Assembly (NCBI RefSeq): GCF_000143415.4
Contig: NW_003314295.1
Coordinates: 395,075 to 459,074, forward strand
Length of the DNA stretch: 64,000 nt
Reading direction: 5' to 3'
From: Selaginella moellendorffii
Lineage: Eukaryota > Plantae > Lycopodiophyta
In this document: positions 24,246-37,358 of the stretch, piece after piece
Layout: every line of letters starts with the position of its first letter
Position numbering within the stretch: position 1 is the first letter of the stretch
Program-made: the position numbers and the translations under genes
The notes under the pieces: generated by a model
Databases searched by the model: none
Told to the model about the DNA's origin: nothing
What the model saw: only the letters and a program-made list of their open reading frames with translations

Positions 24246-26177
24246 TGTGAGGGCAAAGTGTACAACTACGATGCCATATACTAATATTAGTGTAGTGGGA
24301 TTTTGGTAGCCGTCGGATTGGTTTCAATCCGGACCACTCGCTCTTGTATATAAGATAGGGTTTTTGGGCTAATTGATATGTACATTTCTGTATTCCCTTT
24401 TTATATTCCATGCACTCACATTGGTGGAGGTGAAGGGCACTTTTGATTGTCCTTGGGGAGTGCTTGGATTTGGGATTTCAGTTTAGATTTAACTTTTGCA
24501 TCGTCTAGATCTAACTTTTTCCATTTCCTTTCTTTTGTTCTTTCCTTTCAGGATTTTGGTTTAAATCTAGCTTTTTGCATTGTCTAGATCTACCATTTCT
24601 TTCCAGCTTTTTGTCATTTCTCTTCTTTTGCTCTTTCTTTTTTGTTCATCTTCATGGCCGATCAACAATCTCCTCCTTTGACTCTAGAGCAGCAGTTGGT
24701 TCAATTGCTTAATGTTATGCGCTAGCAATTGAATAACCAAACTCAATTGATGGCGGCATTCACGGCACATGGTCTAACTCCTCCTGCTCTTGATGCCAAT
24801 CCTTGTGTTTGGCTGGAGTTCTTTCGTGAGAATCCTAGGGATGATGTGTACCATTGGTTCAATCACTTCACAGTGATTGCCACATATCATTCTTGGGATG
24901 ATGCTCGATGTTTGTGTGAGTTTCCCACGTGTCTCCAAGGGACGGCATTGCAGTGGCACAATGGATTGAGTAGATGCAAAAGCTAGATCTAAACCGAAAT
25001 CCCAAATCCAAGCACTCCCCAAGGACAATCAAAGGTGCACGTGGTCCAACTCCTCCTGCTCTTGATGCCAATCCTCGCGTTCGGCCGGAGTTCTTTCGTG
25101 GGAATCTTGGGGATGATATGTACCATTGGTTCGATCACTTCACAGTGATTGCCATGCCTTCAGACATGCCGACGATTGTGACGATGCTTTCCAACAATTG
25201 CATCGTCTTCGCTAAGGGCCATCTTGAGTCGGTGATGCAATTTGGCGTTCGTTTCCGAAGTCTTTGCTTCGTGTGGAGCCCAATATGTCGGAGCGGATCA
25301 AGCTAGGAATGTTGTGGCTAGCACTTCGTCAAGATCTTGTCGGCCTTGTGCATGCACTTGCTCCTGCCACCCTTGACGATGCTCTTCGCTTAGCACAACG
25401 TTATGAAACATCGCCTCTTCCACTCCTTGTTGCATGTCCTTCAACTCCACTTCCTATAAGTGATGGTCCTGTTCCAATGGAGGTTGATGCTGTTGCTACT
25501 TGAGTCCACGGACAAGGGCGAAGACGTGGTTGTGGCCGTGATGTTTGTTGTTAGGCATCTAATGAAGTTGGTCATACTTATCGGCGTTGTTGACGCTTTT
25601 CGAATTGGCGACCTCCATTTCCTGGATGGAGACCTTGGCGTCAGCACCGTCCCGTTGGTGCTGCTGCGGTGGAAGGTTTGGACACCGAGGTGCATCCGGG
25701 AAATGAGGAGTCGCGCGAGTAACAGAGGGACCTTGCGCGAATAAGTCAGTGACCCCTCCATCTTTCTTTCGAGAGTATCATCAAGGGGTTCACTTGGCAC
25801 CAGTTCATCCAGTGTTTACTTTCCAAGCTCGTTTTTATAACAAGAGGTCTTCTATTCTTCTCTCCGTGTTGGTTGATACAGGTTCGAGTTTATCTTCTAT
25901 TGCTCGACCTATTGCCACACGTTGTTGCCTACACTTGCATCGTGTGGCGGATCTAGTTTTCATTCTTTATAGCAACGGCCGTACACATGCATGTGCACGA
26001 GATGAGGCGAACCTGGTTGTGCATGTGGGTGATCTCGAGCTTGAGTTGTAGTCATTATGGGTGGTGCCGAGTCAAGCTTTTAACCTCATTCTTGGTATGG
26101 ATTGGTTGCAGTGTAATCATGCCAAGTGTGATTTTGAGGCTTTTCCCCCTTGTCTCATACTTCTTTATGTTTCATCC
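24246..26177 (+). mobile_element. 3'-truncated gypsy element of the same family (5' LTR, PBS, gag, protease)
   Basis: LTR 24246-24420; PBS TGGTGGAGGTG from 24422; gag from ATG 24654 (MADQQSPPLTLEQQ); PVPMEVD motif; degenerate zinc knuckle near 25545-25590; protease VLVDTGSS near 25870. Confidence 0.9.
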
Positions 26178-26403
26178 ATATGAGGAAATGCCAGGTTAAG
26201 GATTTTCCTCAGCTCCTCCTTAGACACTTTAACCTTGAGCGATCCAGCCGATTGATTCGGGCAAGCATAGCACGCTCCTACACATGCGCTGGAGCTTGCT
26301 CCCCTGCATCTTGAAGCTCATCCCAAGCTCCTTGGACTCGGCTGCCAACCTCGTCTTTTTGAGCACCAGCACCACCACTGGCTCGTGGCGCTGCTGCTGC
26401 CGC
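26178..26403 (-). pseudogene. 3' fragment of the B3 gene (C-terminal domain)
   Basis: Matches about 4840-5075 (ERQQQRHEPVV..LKKTRLAAESKELGMSFKMQGSKLQRM); frameshifted near its end. Confidence 0.8.
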
Positions 26404-27060
26404 TCTAGCAGGGAAATCCTTTATTGACTGCTATTGACTGGGCATTGACTGGGCCGTTAGCTCGCCTGCTCTGTGTGATCCTCTTCTTCCTGTGCTTCTT
26501 TTTGAGCAGCAATAAGGAATGCCTGGCTATGGCGGGGATATGCGTGGAGGGGCAATTCCTGTGCACCTTCACAAGCGACTAGGCGTGATGGGACTATTGT
26601 TGTAAGTGCCACTACATCAAAGGCAACAGTGAGATTTGCAAGTAGAAATTCGTTTTTTCCTCTCTTAACCTGTCCTCCACGTCTTCCATAATTCCTAACT
26701 GATGTTCCACATTTCATAATCTCTGTCCCATATCTTAGCAATTGAGTATTGATGTTCTTGATCAAGCCCCCCAAGGTCACTGGAGCCACATTTTCTTTGC
26801 ACCAATAATACGGCATATCTTGGCAACTAACAACGCAGCATCGTTTCCTTCGCTCGTAACATAGCTCTAGCTAGGGCTAAAGGAAGACTCACGGCCATAC
26901 TGAGATGGAACGCCACTAAAGCTCAAACACTAGAACTGGAAAGATCTCTTCATTGCCAGGTATATGAAGTACAAACAACAAAGGTTTCCTGCTCCTAGTT
27001 TTAGTAATGCTTGTGATACAAGATTGTTTTCGATCATCCCCCAAGGGGCTGATTCGACGA

Positions 27061-27426
27061 TCAGTGGTGAGCTCTCTTGCTCGGTGGCCCGGCTTGTTGT
27101 TGCTGAAACGCCAGTTGCCTTGTGAAGTAGTTCATCTCCTTAGCCAGTTGCCTCCTGTTCGCTTCCTCCTCTTGCTGGAGCGCCAGGGCTACCATCCGTG
27201 TGATTCGGTCGGCATGGGGAGGATCCAACGCCACCTCGTCGTCCATGTAATGGCAGTCCGGCCTGAGCGCCCTCTTGTTGTTGGTCTCGGCCCAGTGATC
27301 ATAGTCCGCGAAGTCGAAGCTATCGTATTGTTTCACCCGGATGCTCCTATTGTTACCAGCCTCGATCGCCAAGTCGTCAATCATGTGCTTGAGCTCAACA
27401 TACCGCTCAACGTCCACCGCCACCAT
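27061..27426 (-). CDS. ORF121 copy 5, intact (minus-arm subtype)
   Basis: 366 nt; EANRRQL/NYF subtype; ends PPSKRAHH. Confidence 0.6.
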   Translation of the reverse strand: MVAVDVERYVELKHMIDDLAIEAGNNRSIRVKQYDSFDFADYDHWAETNNKRALRPDCHYMDDEVALDPPHADRITRMVALALQQEEEANRRQLAKEMNYFTRQLAFQQQQAGPPSKRAHH

Positions 27427-28098
27427 CTCCGATCTGCTTCGCTCGTGAGAAGTTCTTCTGGACTCACTAACCCTATACAAAACAAATGGATATGCCACTT
27501 TTTTGCCAAATATTCTTTCATTATCTTTAAGACAAAAAAAAGGTTTTAACCGGCTTATTGAAATATTTTTAAATTTGTTTTATGGAGCAGCGATCTCCAC
27601 AGATTTGAAGAGCTAGGAGCGAGGAACTAGAAATTCGTGGATTCAACCAGAGTTTCAAAGACTTGTTTTGTCCCTGAATTTTTTCCATCTTTCACTGAGC
27701 TCATCGATGGCATCAACTCTCTGCTTTCAGGATTTAATCTCCTCGTCATCCGTCCAAGCATCAATCCCGTCCTCAGTCCAAGTCGTCCAGCAAGAGTTTC
27801 TGCCACCAGCTGGGACGCTCTGCATGTATAGCCCCTGGTAATTAATCCGCTGGAGAAAGCTCCCACGAAAATTCGCCTTGCATGTGCGCGGCTGCGGGGT
27901 TAAAAGGAGACTGCATAAACATGCACACACTTGTCAATTACAAAATCATGCAAGGAGAGTAGGGGAGAAAAACAAGAACAGTACACACACACCGAAACAA
28001 GAAACACCAGGGGAGAAAAAAAAAGTGGCAGCCATGCCTCCAATGATGTCCTCTAGATCTGTAATTGTACATGGCACCTCGATCTCGTGCAGGGCGCT

Positions 28099-29207
28099 TC
28101 ATCCAAACGCAATTAAAGCAAGCTTTTGCATGCGGTTCAGAACTTCCCTCTCCTCTCTTTCAAATGCTTCCCTGAAGCCCTTGCGTGAGTCGTCGTCCAT
28201 GGGAGGCAGGACAATGGTCATCTGGGGAATAGGCAGATCAAGCCTTTTCCACGAATGCCTGCCAGTCTTCGTAACCTTTGGCTGACCGTCTTCAATCACG
28301 TAGTCCCTCAAACCCATGAAACTCCCCGCTTGCTTGATGCTTAACTCCTGGATTATAATTTATCATGTTCACAAGCTCCCCATTCCCCAGCACATCCCTG
28401 TATCGCCTCTTGAACGCTTTTAACAGCTCCGAAGGCTTTTAGGCATCCATATGGAAAGTCACAAACTGGGCCTCATCCATTGTCCTCTCAGCGGCATCAG
28501 CACCATTCCGGGATGGACTTGCGAAGAGGACCCTCCTTCCTCGTGTGGCTCTATATCCTTGAAAGCTATCGTCCACAAGGAGCCAAGTCCCTGCTAAGCT
28601 CAACAGGTCTGTCGGAACTTTAGATCTCTCCGCCCAGCGAGATGATGATGAAGACCCTGGCATCCACAAACAGTTGCACTAAAATGTATCTCCAGCTAGT
28701 TCCGCATCGCTGAGGAGCTCGCGAACGAAGTACCAGATGCAGCACGACTTCCTATCCCCGGATTACCGGAGATGTGCGCGAAGATGCTGTGGCCGTGTCT
28801 CAGCTGACGATAGATCTTCTCGTAAGACTTGCGAACGAGGATGTCGGCATGGTTGGCTGTGAGCTCGGCTATGACGGCAGGGAGCCTCAGAAATCCTTCC
28901 GCATCCCAACCCCTGCACAGGTGCGAGCGGGTGTCCGGGGGGAAAGTCTTGTCCTTGGCAAAAGGGACTGCATAAACAAGCACACACTTGTCAAAGTTAC
29001 AAATCATGGAAGAGCAGAGGAAACATACACACAACGAAAACAAAAAGACTGTACCTCGAATGATATGCTCTGCCCCGGCGTCGAACTTGACACGGTTTAA
29101 GCCATCGTCCACGCTCATCCGGCTTCTTGTAAAAGAAGCTTAGGGCGCCAGCCGTAAGAACCTCTCCGACCCGCACTTTGCCATTCTTTAGACAGAACTT
29201 GAGCTTG
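28099..29207 (-). pseudogene. Crinkler/RHS-type NTPase-REase gene, internally deleted and 5'-truncated copy
   Basis: Same motifs and the same Walker A frameshift, TAA stop and REase-core deletion as 13465-15050. Confidence 0.75.
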
Positions 29208-29414
29208 TAACTTGGCTCCTCACTCCTGAGCTCTTCAAATCGGTGGAGAGCATAAAACAAATTTAGTAAACCGGTTAAGTTGCTGAAAACCTTTATCTTA
29301 AAGATGGTGAAACAATATTTGGCGAAAAACGTAGTATATCCGTTTGTTTCGTATAGGGTTTGTGCTTGTAAAAGGGAAACTAGAAGAACTTCTCACGAGC
29401 AGAGCAGATCGGAG

Positions 29415-29780
29415 ATGGTGGCGGTGGACGTTGAGCGGTATGTTGAGCTCAAGCGCATGATCGACGACTTGGCGATTGAGGCTGGTAACAATAGGAGCAT
29501 CCGGGTGAAACAATACAATAGCTTCGACTTCGCGGGCTATGATCACTGGGCCGAGACCAACAACAAGAGGGCGCTCAGGCCGGACTGCCATTACATGGAG
29601 GACGAGGTGGCGTTGGATCCTCCCCATGCCGACCGGATCACGCGGATGGTGGCCGTGGCGCTCCAGCAAGAGGAGGAAGACAACAGGAGGCAACTGGCTA
29701 AGGAGGTGAACCACTTCACAAGGCAACTGGCGTTTCAGCAACAACAAGCCGGGCCACCGAGCAAGAGAGCTCGCCACTGA
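29415..29780 (+). CDS. ORF121 copy 6, intact
   Basis: 366 nt from ATG to TGA. Confidence 0.6.
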   Translation: MVAVDVERYVELKRMIDDLAIEAGNNRSIRVKQYNSFDFAGYDHWAETNNKRALRPDCHYMEDEVALDPPHADRITRMVAVALQQEEEDNRRQLAKEVNHFTRQLAFQQQQAGPPSKRARH

Positions 29781-30104
29781 TCGTTGAATCATCCCCTGGA
29801 GGGATGATCGAAAACAATCTTGTATCACAAGCTCCAACAAACGTGTGAGCAAAGCAAGCTCCTACCAAGGAGGACAAACTTTTGTTGTTTGTACTTCATA
29901 TATCTGGCAATGAAGAGATCTTTCCAGTTCTATGAGCTTTAGTGGCGTTCCATCTCCAGAATATGGCTGTGAGTCCCTTCCTTTAGCTAATAAGCCCTAG
30001 CTAGAGCTACATTACGAGCGAAGGAGTTATTAGCTGCCAGGGTATGCCGTATTATTGGTGCAAAGATAATGTGTACAAGTGCTCCAGTAACATTAATACT
30101 CAAT

Positions 30105-30948
30105 TCACAACTACACAAAAGCATTAGAATGACGTGTTTTTCCAACCAAAATTTTGTGTTTGCTGGAAATTTAAGTTGTAATTTTAACCTACTTGCTATC
30201 AACTTAAATGTTAGTAGCAAATTGGCTTTAGTTACAAATTTTAAATTGCAATGTCTGATAGCATTCATAGTTACTCAGATTTAAGTTGGAAATTATAGTT
30301 GTTCTTTACAACTAAAATAGAAATCATAACTTTTACATATTCTTTAAAATTAGATAAGCTCATATATGTTGCTAATTAGAGTTGCAATTTACAATTTTTA
30401 ACATGCAACTAAAATGTAAGTTCTTAAGGTTTGTAGTTGCAAAATTTTTAGTCACAAATTTCAATAATATTTAGTTTATGCTTTTTGTTTAGAATTTAGG
30501 AATGAAAGTTGCATGTTGGTATTTAAGATGTAGAGGAAATCAAATTTGCCTCATACAAATTATCATAGATTATATTCATCTTTATGGTAGACATCCTTCA
30601 GCACGCATGATTTCTAATAAAAGATATTCAAGGGATTAGATTATGCAGATCTACTACTTCAGCAAAATAAAATTTTTAAAATTGGTGAAATTTTTGTTAA
30701 TAGAGGTGGCAATGACAATATTAAGGATGAGATTATTTTTCAGAATGGTTACATGGATATGAAGATAATTTATTACCTATTTATGAAGGGGCTAGTGCTT
30801 CTATTTTGTCAGCTTGTTTAAGTTATTCCTAAAATATCAAACCAAGCAACAGATTATTTTGTAACCTAATTAATTTTTATTTATTATTTAGTATTAAATT
30901 TTTCATTATTTGGATGAAGGCTCTTCAAACAAATATTACCTACAAATA
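30105..30948 (+). mobile_element. CACTA (En/Spm) element remnant, truncated duplicate of 56190-57088
   Basis: Near-identical to 56190-57088, including the LPIYEGASA segment. Confidence 0.65.
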
Positions 30949-30967
30949 TAGTTTATATATGAAGTAG

Positions 30968-33070
30968 TTCAAGTATGTATGAACCATGTAGATATGCATA
31001 AAATTTCTCGAAACCCCAAACTGCTGCTAAATAATCTTTCTCCGTCGTGGAGTAGTTCACCTTTGCTGGTTGTAATGTACAGCTTATAGATGCAATGGGA
31101 TGATGTTGACCAGGCACACTCGGGCTTTCTTGCATCAACACACCTCCAAGACCAATATCATAAGCATCTACGCACAAAATAAAAGGTCAAGTGTAGTCAG
31201 GATATGCCAAAACCGGAGGAGTCATCAACAATTCTTTGAGATCCACAAACGCCCGCTCACAATCTGAAGACCAAATGAAAAATGACGTTGATGACTTCAG
31301 CAACGCTTGCAACGGTGCAATGCGATCAGAAAGATGATTCACAAAACAATCGAAATACTGCACCTTGCCCAAGAAGCGCTGCACATCATTCACACACTTC
31401 GGAGTAGAGAACTTTAGAACAGCCACAAGTTTGTCAGGATCAACTTGCAAACCCTCATGAGAAATACGATACCCAAGATAAATCGTGTTCTTGGACCTAA
31501 ACACGCATTTCAACCGCTTCAACTTTAAACTAACATTCCGTAGTTAATCCAACACTTTACACACATCACGAATGTGCTCCTCCTACGTCCCCTCCGAGTG
31601 AATCAAGACATCATCAATGAAGTCAACAATCACCTCTAGCATATCACAAAGAATTTCATCCATCATCCGCTGGAAAGTTGTTGAAGCATTGTTCAAAGCA
31701 AACGGCATCACTAAGAACTCATACAAACCAAATGGTGTACGAAAACCAGTCTTAGGAATATCTTCTTCGGCCATCGGTACTTGCCAGTACCCAGAAGCAA
31801 GATCTAGCTTGGTGAGCTAACGACTTCACCCCAGACGATCCAAGAGATCAGCAGTGTGAGGAAGAGGGTACACATCTGGGATCGTCACTTCATTTCATGG
31901 ACGATAGTGGATGCAGAAACGAATACTCCCATCAGGCTTCGTCACAAGATGAGGTTCATATGCCCAAAGACTCCGCGACTTCTAAATAACACCCTTCTCC
32001 AACATCTCCTTGACGTTTACACGTCCTTGGGTGACCGACGACAAACAGGAACCTTAATTGGATGAGCATCCCCGGTTGAAATCGGATGACGTGTGGCAAT
32101 CTTGGCCCCAGACGATAGGTCAAATTCAAAGAGATCAGAATACTCCTTCATAAGTCAGTCAACCACTGCAACACAAAGACTGTCGGAGGGATTGAAAAAG
32201 GGAAGAGTAGAACAAGATAAAAACATAGGAGAAAAGAATGGAGGAATAAAAGTAATGAAAGCAAAAGTATAAGTAAAGGGACAAAAAGGTACAGAAGTGA
32301 GAGGAATGGATAAAACATAAAGAAGTATGAGATAAGGGGGAGAAGCCTCAAAGTCAGACTTGGCATGATTGCATTGCAACCAATCTATACCAAGAATGAG
32401 GTCAAAAACTTGACTTGGCACCACTCGTAATGACTACAACTCAAGCTCGAGACACACACAACCAGGTTTGCCTCATCCCATGCACATGCATGTGTATGGC
32501 CGTTGCCATAAAGAATGAAAACTAGTTTCGCTGCACGACGCAAGTGTAGACGGCAACGTGTGGTAACAGGTCGAGCAATAGAAGATAAACTCGAACCTAT
32601 ATCAACTAATACGGAGAGAATAATAGAAGACCTCTTGTTATAAAAACAAGTTTGGAAAGTAAACACTGGATGAACTGGTGCCGAGCAAACCCCTTAATGA
32701 TACTCCCGAAAGAAAGATGAAGGGGTCATTAACTTATTCGCGCAAAGTCCCTCAATTACTCACGCGACTCCTTATTTCCCGAATGCATCTCAGTGTTCAA
32801 ACCTTCAACTGCAGCAGCACTAACAGGATGTTGCTGACGCCAAGGTCTCCACCTAGGAAATGGAGGTCGCCAATCCAGAAAATGCTGACAGCGCTAATAA
32901 GTATGACCAACTTCATCACACACCTAGTAGTGAATATCACGGCCATGACCACGTCCTCGCCCTTGTCCTTAGACTCGAGCAATAACAGCATCAACCTCCA
33001 TTAAAACAGGACCATCATCCATAGGAAGGGGAGTTGAAGGACGGGTAGCGAGAAGTGGAAGAGGTGACAT
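30968..33070 (-). mobile_element. LTR-less internal gypsy fragment (gag 3' end, protease, RT, RNase H)
   Basis: VLVDIGSS, FDLILGIDWL, TGFRTPFGLYEFLVMPF, FIDD, CVDAYDIGLGGVLMQ, NYSTTEKD. Same family as 18096-22670. Confidence 0.9.
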
Positions 33071-33329
33071 GGCAGAAAGAAAAGGAGCTTAAGTTCCTTT
33101 GGTTGGAGCTGGATAGCTTTGGGAAGGAAGATTTACTTCCTCTTCTAGAAGGGAACAAGCACACAGTCATGCACGACGAAGTTTTCAAAATGAGGCATGC
33201 ACGAAACTTCACCTGGAACATTACACTACTGCAAATCCCCTCTCGAACTTGTTTTCCTGGTGCCACTTAAGGAGCTCTTGGAACAAATCCGAGAATGGCC
33301 CCATTGCGTTCCTATCTCCGGAATATCCT

Positions 33330-34545
33330 CCTTCAGGCATATGCCCAGAGGGGGTCTTCGACAGGATGCCGTCCAAGGACGTGGTCGCGTGGACGGCTAT
33401 GGTGAATGCCTATGCCGAGAACGGCGTTGTGGACCTCGTGCAATGTATGTTCGAGAATAGGCCCGTGAGGAACGTGGTGTCGTGGAACTCCATGCGTTTT
33501 GCATATGCCCAAAGCGGGTATTGCAGTCAAGACATGGAGCTCCTTCATATCATGCCTGCTCACAACGAGTACACGTGGAATGTTATGATTCCTTGCTACG
33601 CTCTTAGTGGAAAAACGGGCAAGGCTATGGTTGTGTTCCCGTCGGCGCAAGAATGCTATGGTGAAAGATCCCTTTGACGCAATGCCTGCTCGCAATATTG
33701 TGTCGTGGAAGAAGCTCGATTTAAGCTCAATCACCTGGAGCGTGATGCTTCAAGCATTTGCAGGGTTTGGGCATGTACAAGATGGCGAGAGTTTGTTTCA
33801 GATCATGCGAGAAACCTCACTCGGCGATCCCAGTTGCTTGTCAGCGTGGACCAACATGATTGTTTTATAAGATTGACAAAGCTCGAGCAGTGTTTGATGC
33901 TTTGGCGTGCCTGGACAAGGTCTCCTGGAACACCATGCTCGCTCACCTGACGTCCACCACTGCAAATATTTCTTTGAGCAAATGCCCGGCCACAACCTGG
34001 TGTCTTACAACACTGTCTTGTCCTCGGTGGTCAGCTGCAGATTATCCGAGAAAGCAGTGAAAATCTTCGTCGAAATGCTAGAGATAACATACAGTGTGAT
34101 GATGCAAGCTTATGCACAGGAAGGCCAGCTTGCGAGTGCCAGGGACATCTAGGAGACAATGCCGGATCGCAACTCAGTGGCTCTCATCACCGTGATCTTG
34201 GCACTCGCACAGCCCAATCCCCAAGAACAGCCTGGAGCTCGATCATCCCGGCCTATGTGCAGAACGGACGCGTGACTGGATCGCTTTCGAGAGATGATCT
34301 TGCTGTCTTTCAAGCCAGACGAGACCATCTTCACGAGAAATCTAGCAGCGGCAGCGAGCCAGCTCGAGCAGTGTTGCCGAGATTTTTTGTCCATGATCGC
34401 AAACTTTGGGATCTCTCCCAGGATCGAGCATTATGATTGACACAATAGGGCAACCTGGTCAGCTGGAGCAATCCATGCCATTTGTTCCACAGCCGGGCTT
34501 GTGGATGATTCTTCTGGGCTCGAAATGCAAAGGTTGTGGAAATGT
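33330..34545 (+). pseudogene. PLS/E-class pentatricopeptide repeat (PPR) pseudogene
   Basis: VFDRMPSKDVVAWTAMVNAYAENG, RNVVSWNSM, FDAMPARNIVSW, FEQMPGHNLVSYNT, PDETIF, SMIANFGISPRIEHY, SMPFVP...LWMILLG. Many frameshifts. Confidence 0.9.
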
Positions 34546-36216
34546 CGGCTGGAAAATCGGGATAATGCCAGGTTGACAACCAACAATCCTAGTCATCCCG
34601 GAGATGCGGGTGTTGTGCCATGTAAGCTGAAAACCTATCCCACCAGCCAAGGCGCAATAGAGGAACACTGGTATAAAAGAAATGGAGTGGGAGGTATGGT
34701 TAATCCGGGAGAGCCTGAAAGGGCGCTTGCATCCCTCGGGTTGCTTAGTAAATGGGGTCGCTGACCCTTGACCACTTGGCCCCCCTCGTCGGTGACCCAG
34801 TAGTGCTAAGTCGGTATGGTCAACTCCACCGTGACCTACCGGATAGCGCTTGGTACCCAGGGCGCCCAAGGAGGCCCGATATCTTTTGCAAACATTTCTT
34901 TGATCTTCCTTTGTGGAATTTCTTGGTGCGCCAGGCCTTGAAGTAAATTTTTTCACTCATTTGAGAGAAACGAATGTTTGCGGCATCAGGCGGTTCTCAA
35001 TTTCGCAAGACCATCAAAGCTCAACCTAATGCGTTATGTAGATGATGCTTCTCTCTCTTTCTTTTTCCCGAACAAGCAAGGATGGCACTTTCAAGTGCCT
35101 GAGAAAGGATAGAGAATTGTGCTCCAAACACGTTACACTTGTTCTAACAAACTTGTGAACAAAGCAAGCTCCTGCGAAGGATCAAAAACTTTTGTTGTTT
35201 GTACTTCATATACCTGGCAATGAAGAGATCTTTCCAGTTCTATGAGCTTTAGTGGCGTTCCATCTCGCGGAATATGGTCGTGAGTCATTTGGGTCTTCCT
35301 TTAGCTAATAAGCCCTAGCTAGAGCTACATTACGAGTGAAGGAAACGTATTGGTGCAAAGAAAATGTGTACAAGTGCTCCAGTGGTGCCTGATCAAGAAC
35401 ATCAATACTCAAAGTCTATATTGATCAATTCAACCTCTAAGGAAAAAACGTTTGTTTTGTTTTTTGGAAAAAAACAATGCGCCTACTCCCTCTTCTCAAC
35501 TTTGTGATTGAGGACAATGGCTTTTCAATGGTTCTTCTTTTCTCCTTTTCCTTGTTTCTCATCGAATGCTTGTGTTCTTGCTCCCGCTTCACCACTGCCC
35601 TTGCAAGTGAAAAACAACCAAACTACTGAAGTAACTGCTCTGTGCATCATGTTTTCTTCGAATCTAAGTACTATTCTTACGGTCTCTCTGGTTCCACTTC
35701 CGAGAACAAACATGAATTTAGAGACGAGTCATTTAAAATGAGATGGAAGTACTTTTAATAACAGATTAAGGAAATGGAGACTTTTGAGCAACAGGATTTT
35801 ACCATGTGATTCAGCTGCAGGGTTTGCTCGAGGTGATGGCAAACTCCAGTGTTGCAAATCTCACACTTGCTGCCTTTGGCACTTGTGGCAGTAGTCCTGG
35901 CACACCTGGTCGCTTGGAGGTGCACAGGAAGTGCCCCTCCACACATATCCCCGCCATAGCCAGGCTCTCCTTGTTGACCACTCCAGGGTGACGACCAAGT
36001 CCATGAGGTGAGTTTGGCCATTTTGGAGAGTATATATTCCATTTCCCACTAAGGCTGTGGGTGGTAATGTTTTTCACAGGGTTAGTAGCCTCACAAACTG
36101 TCGTTGATTTCTTCGAACATGGCATGGTTTAGACGAAATGGAGACATCGCTTTTTTTCGTCCAAGAGGAGAAACGAAGAACAAACAACATGGTACGTACC
36201 TGAGGAAAATGTCTGA

Positions 36217-36402
36217 GAAGACGAGGTCGGCAGCCGAGTCCGAGGAGCTCACGGGAGCAAGCTCGAGCGCATGACTAGGAGCCTGCTGGGCTCGCCCGGA
36301 GCGATCGTGCAGGGCAGCTTCGATGGATCGCTCAAGGCTAAAGCATCTGAAGAAGAGCTGAAGAAGATCCTCCGCCTGGCATTTCACTATGATGCCTTCT
36401 AG
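36217..36402 (+). pseudogene. B3 C-terminal paralogue fragment
   Basis: Homologous to 2522-2728, with deletions. Confidence 0.7.
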
Positions 36403-37358
36403 TGGAAAACTGATAAGAACTGATGTCTTGAGATGTATTTTAACTTAGAAATGTATTTTCCTTTTACACAACAACTATTGGAGCAATCAATTTCACTGAA
36501 CGAAGAAATCTTGGTTTTGGTGGTGGCAACTGTGATGGCGAGTCCTTGTCCTCGCTAGATTTTCTTTTTGACTCTTTGGGACAACTTTTGGACGTGCTAG
36601 CCTCCACTGGATTGATCACAAACAAGCTCCCCATTGCACTACTTGTCGATGGTATACAAACTGAAAAGGGTTGAGACAAAAGGGAGGCATATATAGCTTT
36701 TAGTACGAATATTCTTTATTTTATTCTGGTCTAAGCTGTTTTGCGTTACTTATAATTTACGGTCATACCTTGTATGTCTTAAGAAAAAAATTTATAATAA
36801 TAAAAAAATAAAGAGAAATGAAAAATATATTATGATTTAATATTTGAGCTTTTATCCTCATTGAAATGCCACATCCACTTGCATGGTTTCCTAGCTTTTT
36901 ATAATGCCTAGAACCTTTGGAGTGATATAGCAAGCTAAAGTAAAGATAAATCTTTTGATTAGGAATATCTTGAATTGTTTGGCCATGAGGTATAAAATCC
37001 TAACTTCCCTTCTAACATTATAGGTATTAATATAAACTTACTTCAAGGATTATTAGTATTAAAAATATTAGTTAGGATTTTAATAATTGACAGAAAAAAC
37101 AAATATAAGTTTAAACAAGAAAAATATAAGAGAAATGTTACTTACAATGCTTACAGAAATATGGCAATGAATATGTGATTTCACATGGGAGCATTATATA
37201 TTTACACATGTGCAAATTTATTTTTTTGTTTTGAGTTGCATGCAAAAATATTATGCATTCAATCACTTTTCAATTGCTATATAACCAATTAAAATGCCAT
37301 TGTGTTGTCATGAGATATGTTATATATGCATGGGGCATAACAACTCATATTACCATAT

